From Malacoraja senta (taxonomy: Eukaryota), in contig JAXLNO010003819.1 in the NCBI GenBank assembly GCA_038087875.1, forward strand, positions 248,001 through 312,000: 64,000 nt of DNA, given 5' to 3'. Positions 1 through 10,800 of this stretch are shown piece by piece. Under the pieces are notes generated by a model that saw only the letters and a program-made list of their open reading frames with translations, ran no database searches and was not told the DNA's origin. Each line of letters starts with the position of its first letter. Positions within the stretch are counted from its first letter, which is position 1. Position numbers and translations under genes: made by a program.

Positions 1-468
1 TCCGCTCAAGGGTAATTTCACGGTTGTTCACAGCTCATTCTGATTTATTGGCCCCCACATCCTGCTGTACGTTCGGCTCCTCTCTCTTTCTCGCGCTCTT
101 TCCACCTCCGTCGACCCACCCACGGCCCCTCGGTCCAAACTGCAAACAATCTTTTTTATCTTGGATTCCAGCGGATATCACACTCTCAGAAAGGAAGCGG
201 TAAATAAACCTCGTGGCCTTCGTTCAAGCAGTCCGATGGAACGGTCTCCCTGGACATCGACATCCCAAATGTCCCATTGGCGGACAATGGACGATAGTGA
301 TAGGCCAAAGCGCCAATCTGACCATTTCAATGAAGGCGCTTATCTAAAATGGTCCCATATGGCTGTACTTGGCGCATGTTCTTCTAAATCTTTTCTAACC
401 ATTAATTAGCCCAAATGCATCTTAAGTGTTGTAACGTTGCCGACTACGAACACTTCCTTACACATATC

Positions 469-765
469 GGCACCGTGGCTTAGTGGTAAAGCTACAGCCT
501 TGGAGCGCCAGAGACCCGGGTTCGATCCTGACTACGGCTACTTGTCTGTACTGAGTTTGTCCATTCTACCCGTGACCTGCGTGTGTTTTCTTCGAGATCT
601 TCGATTTCACCCAACACGCCAAAAAAAGTCAAGTATGTAGGTTACAGGTTAATTGGCTTGGTGTAAATGTAAACATTGTCACTATGGCAGTTTTAAGTGA
701 TCACTGGTGGGTGCGGACCCGATTAGGCGAAGGGCCAGCATCCGCGTGGTATCTCTACATTAAAT
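469..765 (+). mobile_element. tRNA-headed SINE (V-SINE/HE1-like)
   Basis: A-box-like TGGCTTAGTGG (476-486) and B-box GGTTCGATCC (519-528), followed by the body gtgacctgcgtg...ttaattggcttggtgtaaatgtaaa that recurs throughout the window. Confidence 0.8.
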
Positions 766-869
766 ATCCACCGTGAGGGAACAAATGCGCTTCACGACGT
801 GTTTGAATGTTTCTCCTCCCTCCTTCGGCTTATGCACTCGTTTGGAGAACCGTGCCAAATATGAAACTC

Positions 870-1070
870 TTTATCTATTCTACTCGTGATACTATAAACC
901 ATGAAAGGTCACCTCACGAACCCGTACAGTGAAGGGATGAAGTTCTCAGATCAATCCAGTTTCGTTCTGAATGGAATCCTTCGGGTCCCGGCAACATCCC
1001 AGTAAATATTTTCTGCACGCACTCGAAGTTAACATCATCCTTCCTGAAGTATTGACAGAACTGTATTCGA
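870..1070 (-). mobile_element. Degenerate CR1 ORF2 C-terminal fragment
   Basis: The reverse strand resembles the QFW..YRKDV..LERVQ..FT.MLPG region of the intact CR1 copies in this window. Confidence 0.5.
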
Positions 1071-1879
1071 GAATGATATTCCAAGTGCAGAAAGAAGGAA
1101 CTGCATAAGCTACTTTAAAAAAAGATACATAACATTATGTAGACATTATTGGGTCAAACAACATCTCCGGAGAAAATGCACACTATGTTACACATTTAAT
1201 GCTACAAACCTGTAAATAAAAGTCGAACCTTACACTCCTTTCACCTCCAAAACATTATCGGGAAATCCATCGAGCAACAGGGATATTTTCACCTCTGTGG
1301 TCCTGGCGCTTTTCAGTAATCGCGACCAGATGTGAAGTCTGGTGACTTCACTTATAGCATGGATTTATATACCAAGAATGCCATTCTTCTGCCGTAACCA
1401 ACAGATAATAGTTGGCTATGATTTTGGAACTAGTCATTCTTCTTAGTGCTGGAAATGCATGTTATTTATTAATATCGTCCACCGAGCTAGCCTCAAATGT
1501 CTCTGAAATAGAGACGTTTACCTTTTCTCCATGCTAGGTGTCCTTGTTGCCGTGATTCAGAGGCCACGTGATTTCGTGGCAATTGTAAGTGAGCCCGAAT
1601 ATGTTTCCAAGCATCTAGAAGCGAACCTGCTTGCTTGACATGTGGTGCTGTTAGTAGACGACTCCATCTTAGTTGAAAACGTGTATACTCCTTTCATTAT
1701 AGAACTCACCATCGTCGTACACACATGTTCGTGTCCCATAGTGTCAACCACGGCTTACATTTTCTGTACATTATCAGCTCACCGGACTAAATGCGAAATT
1801 ACAGGTTGAATGGTCTAAAGCAAGCACACATCTGTGGGCGGCGCGACTCTCGTCGGCAGCGGCCTCTGCAGTCCGTCTG

Positions 1880-2720
1880 TCTTTTTATTATTTTTGTCTC
1901 GTTTTTATGTAGTTTTTTTTTTTTTTTTTGTCGGGGTATATGTGTGGGGGGTGGAGGGGGGGGGGGTGGGGGTGGGGGTGGGGGGGGGAGAACTTTAAAA
2001 TCTTTCCCCTGCACGGGTAACCCGACCTTTTCTTTGTCGGGTCTCCGTTGTCGTTGGGGCTGGGCAACGTGGAGCGGCCTCCACCAGGAACGACCTGGGG
2101 CTCCAGTTGCGGAGCTGCGGACTACTCACCGTGACGGGGCTGGCCGAGTCCGGAGCGGGTGGAGCTGTGGTGGAGACAAGCGCTGCTGCGACCCGACCCC
2201 CGGAGATTCGGAGGCTACAACCGCGGGTCTGGCGGACAGCAACACAGGAAGCCCGCGGGTCCCTGGGGGGATACCGCTTTTCGGGGCTTCCGCAGCGGCG
2301 ACTTCTACCGCCCGAGTTGCGGGGTTGAAGAGCACCTGGAGCGGGGCTTTACATCGTCGCCCCGCGCGGCTTGGAGTGGCCGCGGTTTTTTGCGATCGCG
2401 CGCCGGCGCTCTAACACCAAGACCCGGTGCGCGACCTTGCATTAACCGGCGTGGCTTTAATGGCCGCGGGATAAACACCATCGCCCGCCGGGGGCTTTGA
2501 CTTTGACTCTGACATCGGGGGGGGGGGGGGGGAGTGCAGTGGTGAGATACGTTTTTTTGCCTTCCATCACAGCGCTGTGATGGATGTATGTGTAAATTGT
2601 GTTGTGTCTCGGGTCTTCTTCGTTTTGTAATGTATGGCTGCAGAAACGATATTTCGTTTGGACCTCAACGGGGTCCAAATGACAAATTTATCCAAATGAC
2701 AAATAAAATAATAATAATAA
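1880..2720 (+). mobile_element. GC-rich 3' portion of an unclassified non-LTR retroelement
   Basis: Poly-T, G tracts (1945-1988, 2517-2532), a terminal stem-loop TTTGGACC...GGTCCAAA (2657-2679), then tgacaaataaa and a (TAA)n tail. Confidence 0.45.
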
Positions 2721-3067
2721 TCTGAAGACGAGTGGTCGAGACATAGGATGGCATGTCCATGCGCGTCGATTGGCTCTGTCTGCAAACTTTGTTAAGCGTG
2801 GGCAAAGTAAGGGTAAGGGCTTGCCTCCGTAGTTTATAACTCAATAAGCAAAGATTAGAGTTCTGCTGGAAATTAATTCAAACCACGCAGCCACGTTCTG
2901 CACGCTCTCTATCTGTTGTCCCTCAGAACTCTGTCATACCATGCCCAGCTGTTGAGCAGAACAAACATGCGACATCTTGCTCGCATTGCGTTGTGCGTGA
3001 CATCCGTTATTGGTAACAACGTTTATTTTTTAATGTTTTCATGTCCTTCAAGAGAGAATTGCAAATC

Positions 3068-3899
3068 TGTAGATTAATGACGCATGTGAACCAATCACAC
3101 TTAGCCAGCATCACTAACTCCACCCCACTATAACACTTATACTAAGGCCTATTCCCAGCAACGTCAGTCTGAGTAGCTAGGATGAACTGACTACACCTTG
3201 TCTTTAAATGCTGCCAAGTTACAGTGCTGATTATATATGTGTTTAAATCATATACTCTCAGGTGTCTGTCTACATGGTGTCAGAAGTGGCATTAATCCCA
3301 AAGAACTGAACACTGCCATTAAGCGCCCACACCATCCCACGAAGACAGTAGAGAATGTTGCGGCAAAGATCGGAACGGTCACCCTATTTTCTGTCGGAGA
3401 TGCAAAGAAACGGTCATACGACAGATCCAGCAGACCACTCCAGCCTCTACTGCCGGGCCAGGTCGTCCGTCTATGAACTTCAACTGGACATTCTCGTCTG
3501 GGCTCTGTTGTACGCCCGACTGATGAGCCGCGATCGTACCTTGTGGACTGTGAGGGAGCGGTATACCGGAGAAGTCGACAACACCTGCTTGCTGTGAAGG
3601 AGCCCCGACCACCGCTTGCTGATCCCTATGCTCCGCCGCTCCAGTTCCAGCCGCCTTTCGCAATGTCTCACGCCCGTGGCCGCATGCCTTGCACGCCCCC
3701 CTCCCACGTCCCTCGGTCTCCACTAACCACGGGGTTACACATACAGCATGTTTCCCCTCTCGGTCACCACAAGCCTCTCCCGTGCGATTTTCACCTTCAG
3801 CCTCTCCGCCTAATCCTTCAGTGGAGGGAGGGGATGGTTGGGTCTGATGCTGACTAAAGATGTGTTTAAATTATATACTGTCTCAGGTGTCTGTCTACA
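3068..3899 (+). mobile_element. Internally deleted Gypsy LTR retrotransposon (mini-element)
   Basis: LTR end ...tgtctgtctaCA at 3274 and 3899. PBS TGGTGTCAGAAGTGG at 3275-3289. RT fragment NPKELNTAIKRPHHPTKTVE fused to integrase C-terminus KRSYDRSSRPLQPLLPGQVVR...PRSYLV...YRRSRQHLL. PPT GGAGGGAGGGGA at 3823-3834. Confidence 0.85.
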
Positions 3900-3922
3900 A
3901 AATCGAAACGGTCGGGTTAAAC

Positions 3923-4095
3923 ATAGAAACATAAAAACATAGAAAATATGTGCAGGAATAGGCCATTCTGCCCTTCGAGCCTGAAACGCTATTCAATATG
4001 ATCATGGCTGATCATCCAACTCAGTATCCTGTACCTGCTTTCTCTCCATACCCCCTGATCCCATTAGCCACAAGGGCCACATCTAAATCCCTCTA
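3923..4095 (-). mobile_element. CR1 3' end
   Basis: (CATAGAAA)n-like tail and ggccattc-cccttcgagcc...atcatggctgatcatcc terminus matching the 3' end at 13560-13685. Confidence 0.85.
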
Positions 4096-6789
4096 ACTAA
4101 ATGTTGTGGTCTAGCATAACGGGTCCACAAATCAAGGAGGCACAAGGGAAGATACAAAACAAAATACACAAGGTATGCGTAGTCCTTGCCATCAGTAAAT
4201 GTCGTTTGGCATGTAAATGGCCATCGGGATGTTCCCGTTTTCAGTTTTAGAGATACAGCACAGAAACAGGCCCTTCGGCCCACCAATTTCACGTTGACCA
4301 GCGATCCCCGTACACTAACACTATGCTACACATTGGACACTTTAGTTTCATTCTTGGAACACAGATTCTTAGATTCATGGAACACATCGCAGAACAGCGT
4401 ATATTGACGTCGCAACACGTCTCATGCTTCCAGAAACCCACTGCACCGACGAGGTCCTCTCTCCAGCAGCCGGTCTCCTTACCGGCCCTATGTCGGCCTC
4501 CTCCCATTGTGGGCGGGCGAACCGGGACTTCCGGCTGAGTTCCCGCGCGAGGCGCTTGTGCTCCGTCCTCGGTCTGCGGCTGGCGAACCAGGCTGGTCCT
4601 CAGTTATTGGCGATTGAGGTCTGGTCTAGCCAGCGATACTCTGTCCGCGTTGAGCTGCCTACTGCTGGGTGTGGCCGCGGCTAGATCACATCTGGCCGCG
4701 CTTTGGCCACATTCGAGACACATGCAGGTTTGCCGTTTAATTGGTCTCTATAATTGTTCCTGTGTGCAGGAGAGAGGCTGTGTGCGGGTACTTGCTGGTC
4801 GGCGTGGACGTGATGGAGCGAAGGGACTGTTTTCACTCTGTAAACTAAACTAAAGAAAACACAAGCAATGTCTTATAGTTCACTCTATAATTCGTTCTCT
4901 TCAGAAACGGCACGAAGTTAGATTGTTTTCCTTTCAATGCTACATTATCGTGTAACTGAAATGTAACTAGCAGATGAAAGTGTTTTCACCGGAAGTAAAG
5001 ATAATGAAATGTTTCTGGCTTCTTCTTCGCATTTCTTTATTCTTCCATGTACTTTTTAGATAGAGAGAACAAAAGATGAAAAACTCTTTTGTTATTAACA
5101 TAAATCCTATTAAATCGTAGACAAAAATATCAGCGAGATTGATTCGAATTGATCGGAGAGCACCTTGGTTCGCATTGAATAATTACAATTGTCGAAACAG
5201 AATCTCTTGTTTGTTTCATATTGCTCATGTTGACAGTTGTTCAAAGAAGAAGAAAGATTCACTTGGTTAACTTGGTCAACACATTCCTATGTATTCATAA
5301 TTTGAATGTTTAGTAATAAATTGATCTTTGGCTAAATCGACTAAACCTGTTGTTTTTATTCCTGTGTTGAAAGAAGTTGCGCAACTTCTGGGGGCAGATA
5401 AATCTTCGGTAAACTCGTCATGGTCAATGTGTATCTGCAACATCAGAGGTGCAGCTGTAGAAACGCTGCAGAATATGACAGTGCCCCAATGCCTTAATTC
5501 ATCGAATCTGCTTTTTAACATTAGTACCGAACTCTCTCTTGAGTACATCAATTTTATTTTATTGCTAATATTATGCAATCTCCGGTCAGTCACCAATCAA
5601 ATACACTTTACTGATTGCACCTGGCGAATTCTATTTTGAAGAAAAATAAACAGCCTTTATCATTAACCTTCTTTTTCGCCTTCTAACTGCTGCTTTTCCG
5701 CTGGAGATTTCTTTTATTTTCTGTGCAATTGTACATGTTCAGTATCTGCGGTATTTTGTATTTTATTAAACTACGCCATATTGCAGCTGGTCCAAATTGG
5801 GCGCATCTTCTGCTGCATATGCCATACATGCAGGGTACAGCCATTGCCTGAAAATTAAAAAAAAAACTTCGTTTAACAGCAGGCACAATCACTGTTCACA
5901 ATCACTGCACCTCTTCGGACTTCCTGTGGCCATTGCGAAAATAATACCAAACTTCCTAAACCTGGACCAGACTCTGCCTGTTTTGGAACTTTGAAAAGAT
6001 TTTATTGCGTGCTATCCAGTCAGCAGAAAGACAATACTTGTTGTAATGGAGCCATTTGTAGTATTATAGATACATGATAATGGAACAACGTTTATTGCAA
6101 GGTGAAGCCAGCATAGCTCAATCAAACATAGTGCTAGGGTCAGCATTTAGGTAGATCAGTTGAGGAACAGATTTTTAGTTCACAATGTCGGTGTCGACCC
6201 GATACCAAGAGCAGCTCCGATCTACCTGCGCGTTACTGATATCCCTCCATTCCCTGCAGATTCATATCTCCATCCAAAACTATTTTAAATTCCACTATCG
6301 TATCCGCCTTAACCATCAGCCCTGGCAGCGCCTTACATGCACTCGCCACACTTTGTGTAAAACATTGCGCCGCACATGTTCGTTACATTTTGCCCTTCGT
6401 ACCATAAAGCTGTGACCTCTTGTATATAATGTTTTACATTCTGGGAAAATCAAAGTTCCGCCAGTCTACCGGGTCTCATAAGTTTACATAACTCGACCAG
6501 GTCTCCCCGCAATCTCCGACGTTCCAGAGGGATAAAAATCCAAATATGACCAATCTCTCCCTGTACCTAATACCCGCCAATCCAGCCACCGTGCGCAACT
6601 GGACAACTGCGGCTGTGAAACACGCTGTTCTTATTACGTTTCTCCATCTTGCTGAATTGACAAAGTCATTCACTAATGGCTTTGCTGCCGGTCACCAGTT
6701 TCTGCAGCGTGCTAGTTTAGTTAGTTTACATTAGTTTGGTGTAGTTAAAGTAAACTAAACAAATACAAGTATAAATATAAAGGTGTATA

Positions 6790-7545
6790 GTAAAAGCGTC
6801 TTTAGGTATGTGATGAGGAAAAAATAGTTAAGACCATAGTTGGACCCTTGAAGACTGAACAGGGTCAATTTATTACGGGGTACAAGGAAATGGCAAATGA
6901 GTTGGACAGGTACTTTGGATCCGTCTTCACTAAGGAGGACAGAAACAATCTTCCAGATGTACTAGCCGGATGATCTGGGGTGACGGAGTAACTGAAGGAA
7001 ATCGACAATTGGCAGGAAATGGTGTTGGGTAGACTGATGCGATTGAAGGCTGATAAATCCCCAGCGCCTGATGATCTGCATCCCAGGGTAGATAAGGAAG
7101 TGACTCTAGAAATCGTGGACGCATTGGTGATCATTTTCCAATGTTCTATAGATTCAGGATAGGTTCCTGTGGATTGGAGTGTAGCTGATGTTATCCCACT
7201 TTTTAAGAAAGGCGGGAGAGAGAAAACAGTGAATTATAGATCAGTTAGCTTGACATCGGTGGTAGGGAAGATGCTGGAGTCAACAATGTAAGATGAAATG
7301 GCGGCTCATTTGGAGAGAAGCAACAGGATCGGTCCGAATCAGCATGGATTTACGAAGGGGAAATCATGCTTGACTAATCTTCTGGAATTTTTTGAGGATT
7401 TAACTAGGAGAATGGACAAGGGAAAGCCAGAGGATGAAGTGCACCTGGACATTCAGAAAGCATTTGATAAAGTCCCACATTGGAGATTAGTGGGCAAAAT
7501 TAGGGCACATGGTATTGGGGGTAGAGTGCTGACATGGATAGCTAA
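6790..7545 (+). mobile_element. CR1 ORF2 (RT) fragment
   Basis: ORF 7298-7564 NQHGFTKGKSCLTNLLEFFED...DIQKAFDKVPH; upstream KADKSP.PD.LHPRV motif. Confidence 0.9.
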
Positions 7546-8390
7546 TTTGCTCATGTTACTTTGATTCCCTTCATCCAAATCATTTATGTATATTGTAAAT
7601 AGCTGCGGTCCCAGCACCGACCTTGCGGTACCCAACTTTTCACTGCTTGCCATTCCGAATGGGACCCGTTAATCCCTACTCTTTGTATCCTGTCTGCCAA
7701 ACAATTTTTCATCCATGTCAGCGCTCTACCACCAATACCATGTGGCCTAATTTTGCCCACTAATCTCCTGTGGGACCTTATCAAATGCTTTCTGAATGAC
7801 CAGGACACTACATCCACTGGCTCTACCTTGTCCATTTTCCTACTTCCATCCTTAAAAAAATTCCAGAAGATTAGTCAAGCATTCCATGCTGACTCGGACC
7901 GATCCTGTTACTGCTAACCAAATGTGCCGCTATTCTTTTATAATTGATTCCAGCATCTACCCAACCACCGATGTCAGGCAAACTGGTCTATAATTCCCTG
8001 TTTTCTCTCTGCCGCATTTCTTAGAAAGTGGGATAACATTAGCTACTCTCCAATCCACAGGAACTGATCCTGAATCTAGAGAACATTGGAAAATTATCAC
8101 CAATGCATCCACAATTTCTAAGCCACTTCCTTAAGTACCCTGGGATGCAGACTATCAGGCCTTGGGGATTTATCAGCCTTCAGTCCCATCAGTCTACAGA
8201 ACACCATTTCATGCTTAATGTGGATTTCCTTCAGTTCATTTGTCACCCCAGATCCCCTGGCCACATCAAGAACATTGTTTGTGTCCTCCATAGTGAAGAC
8301 GGATCCAAAGTACCTGTTCAACCCATCTGCCATTTCCTTGTTCCCAATAATAAATTCACTTTTTTCAATCTTCATGGTCCAATCTTCAAG
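7546..8390 (-). mobile_element. CR1 ORF2 (RT) fragment, opposite orientation
   Basis: ORFs 8118-8552, 7584-7835 and 7453-7653 (minus): KADKSPRPDSLHPRVLKEVA, SVLGPQLFTIYINDLDEG. Confidence 0.9.
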
Positions 8391-8397
8391 GATGTAG

Positions 8398-10150
8398 TTT
8401 AGGCAGGTATTGTCGCAACGTTTAAGAAATATTGCGACAGGTACATAGATAAGATATGTTAAGAGGAATATGGGCCATTCGTATGCAGGTGGGTGTGCAG
8501 ATGGGATACGTTGGTCATCGCGGGCAGTATGGGCCGGAGGACTATGTTTCACGCTGTATTACACTAGAACTCTATGCCAAGATCGAAGAACAAATCACCT
8601 TCCGCTTTTGCAAGCCACACGTTTCTGGAGTTAACATCCGAGTCTTCAACGTTACTATATCTCTCTTCCTCCTCATTTGGAAGAAAATACGGCATATCGA
8701 CGACTGTCTTGATTATATTGCCTCTCGTGATAACGTTCAAAACTTGAAATGTCTATTCACAACATCGTTCGCTCCAGAGAAATAAAATATCCTGCCCTAT
8801 ACAGTCTCTCTCGGAATTGAACGTCTCCAGTCCTGGCAAAAACGTTTTCATTAATACTCTGCCACTCCCCACATTAATGGTATCAATGCTAACATATTGC
8901 GATCTGAAGAACATCGCACGTGCTGTCTCGCCAACGTCCTATACCAGATGTTTGAACTCCACTTATACCCAACTGCGTGGGACTCCCGCAGTGAAATAAG
9001 GCCACACCTCATGCTGGCTGAGGGAAGAAAAAACCCTACCATCTACATTCAAATTTACTCGCATTGGTTATAAGCAGATTGTTCATGAACAAGATGGAGA
9101 AATGGCCCTCTTTCCGTGCTGTGTAACATGCAACTACCACTTACAGTGAGAGTTCGTTCAATATACCTGCCCCGCCCGCGAGGAAGAGTTGACGCTGCGT
9201 CCCTTTAAACATTTACCGTCTCATTTGGTACTTTTGCCCTCTTTTAGAGACGTATATCCGAGGAACAAAATAATATACCTCCACTGATCATCACCGTATC
9301 TTATTTTAACCCTCCATAACTCCTCATTGTTTTGTTCGCTGCAGAGGGAAAACGCTTCTGCATTATCCTGTCCATCTTACAATTCACTCCGCCCAATATT
9401 AGTACCAGTATTGTGAATAGAGTTGTATACTCCATAGTTTAAATGGATCCTTAATGAATTATTTCGAAAAATAATATCCCTCCTCCTGTGCTGTACTGCT
9501 CTGTGAAGTTTTTTTTCTGTGAATTGCTTAGTTTGAGTGCACAAAACATGACACTTCTTTCTTAGGACACGACTTTCTTCAGAATGATCTATTCCCAAAC
9601 ATGTACCGCCGGTCAGACTCCCCTTAACCGATTCAGTCGGCTCTATCATCTTGCACATCAACATTCTTGATATCTCCAACGGATCAATGCATTGAGATTA
9701 TTTCGCCCTAATATCTGAAACAACATCAAAATCAGTTCACCTCTCGTTTTATGAAATAACACATTTCTTTCAAGATAACCTGTAGATCAAGAACATTTCT
9801 TGTCGATATTTATTTCTGGTCAGTTTCCTCGTTACACATAATATTTGCATATTATTTACTTCAAGAAGTGCCAGCAGTTGAAAGATAGTAATGCTGCTGT
9901 TGTAGCTGAATTGTATAAGATGTCGTCTAGAAGGTTGCTGTGATTGACATCATTTGGACCCTGCCCAAGAATGATTCCCTTTTCTTTTGAAAAGGAGCTG
10001 CACGGGGAATCCAGGATCAAATTATTAATGGGTGCATGTTAAGTGAATGGAACGGTCTCTGGAAAATGCATTACAAATGCTACAAATAAAATACTGTATT
10101 ATATAGCAGCATATGTGGATAAATGGTATATGAGATGTATTTTGGTGCAT
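8398..10150. repeat. Segmental duplication block A, copy 1 (paralog 34851-37050); contains a CR1 3' end and an ancient minus-strand CR1 relic
   Basis: Colinear with 34851-37050 by direct comparison. Degenerate LPGLETF.../GGTCLGIDHSEE similarity to CR1 RT on the minus strand. Confidence 0.85.
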
Positions 10151-10214
10151 TAAAATTTTTAATTTTTTAATTTTTAATTTTTTTTTTAAATATTAATTTT
10201 ATTTTTAATTTACT

Positions 10215-10800
10215 TCCCCCTAGTCCTATCTACCTGCACTCAGACCACAATCCTTCATTCCTTTCCCTTTCATATACCCATCCAATCTATTTTTAAAGGA
10301 TAACATCGAACCTGCCTCCACCACTTCCACTGGAAGCTCATTCCACACAGCTACCAATCTATGAGTAAAGAAGTTCCCCCTAATGTTACCCCTAAACTTC
10401 TGTCCCTTAATTCTCAAGTCATGTTCCCTTGTTTGAATCTTCTCTACTCTCAATGGGAAAAGCTTATCCACGTCCACTCTGTCTAACGCGCTCATAATTT
10501 TAAAGACCTCTATCAAGTCCCCTCTTAACTTGTTCAACCTTTCTCTGTAACGTAGTTGCTGAAACCCAGGCAACATTCTAGTAAATCTCCTCTGTACTCT
10601 CTCTATTTTGTTGACATCCTTCCTATAATTAGGCGACCAAAATTGTACTCCATACACCAGAATTGGCCTCACCAATGCCTTGTACAATTTTAACATTACA
10701 TCCCAACTTCTATATTCAATGCTCTGATTTATAAAGGCCAGCACACCACAAGCTTTCTTTACCACCCTATCTACGTGAGATTCCACCTTCAGGGAACTAT
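10215..10800 (-). mobile_element. CR1 3' end; continuation of the element at 13685-16340
   Basis: ORF 10226-10813 SSLKVESHVDRVVKKA...; the reading frame joins ...RDLGITVHS (13685) exactly once the plus-strand insert is removed. Confidence 0.9.

Noticed and set aside
230-310. One frame reads VSLDIDIPNVPLADNGR, resembling an Ig E/F-strand motif
   Set aside because: Flanked by stops; no Tyr-x-Cys, Trp, splice sites or RSS.
1791-2500. Long GC-rich ORFs with poly-Gly or poly-Pro
   Set aside because: Products of G homopolymers inside a repeat; no domain similarity.
2568-2579. CACAGCGCTGTG as a germline signal joint
   Set aside because: A signal joint is CACTGTG-CACAGTG with outward spacers and nonamers; this is the wrong geometry and lies inside a repeat.
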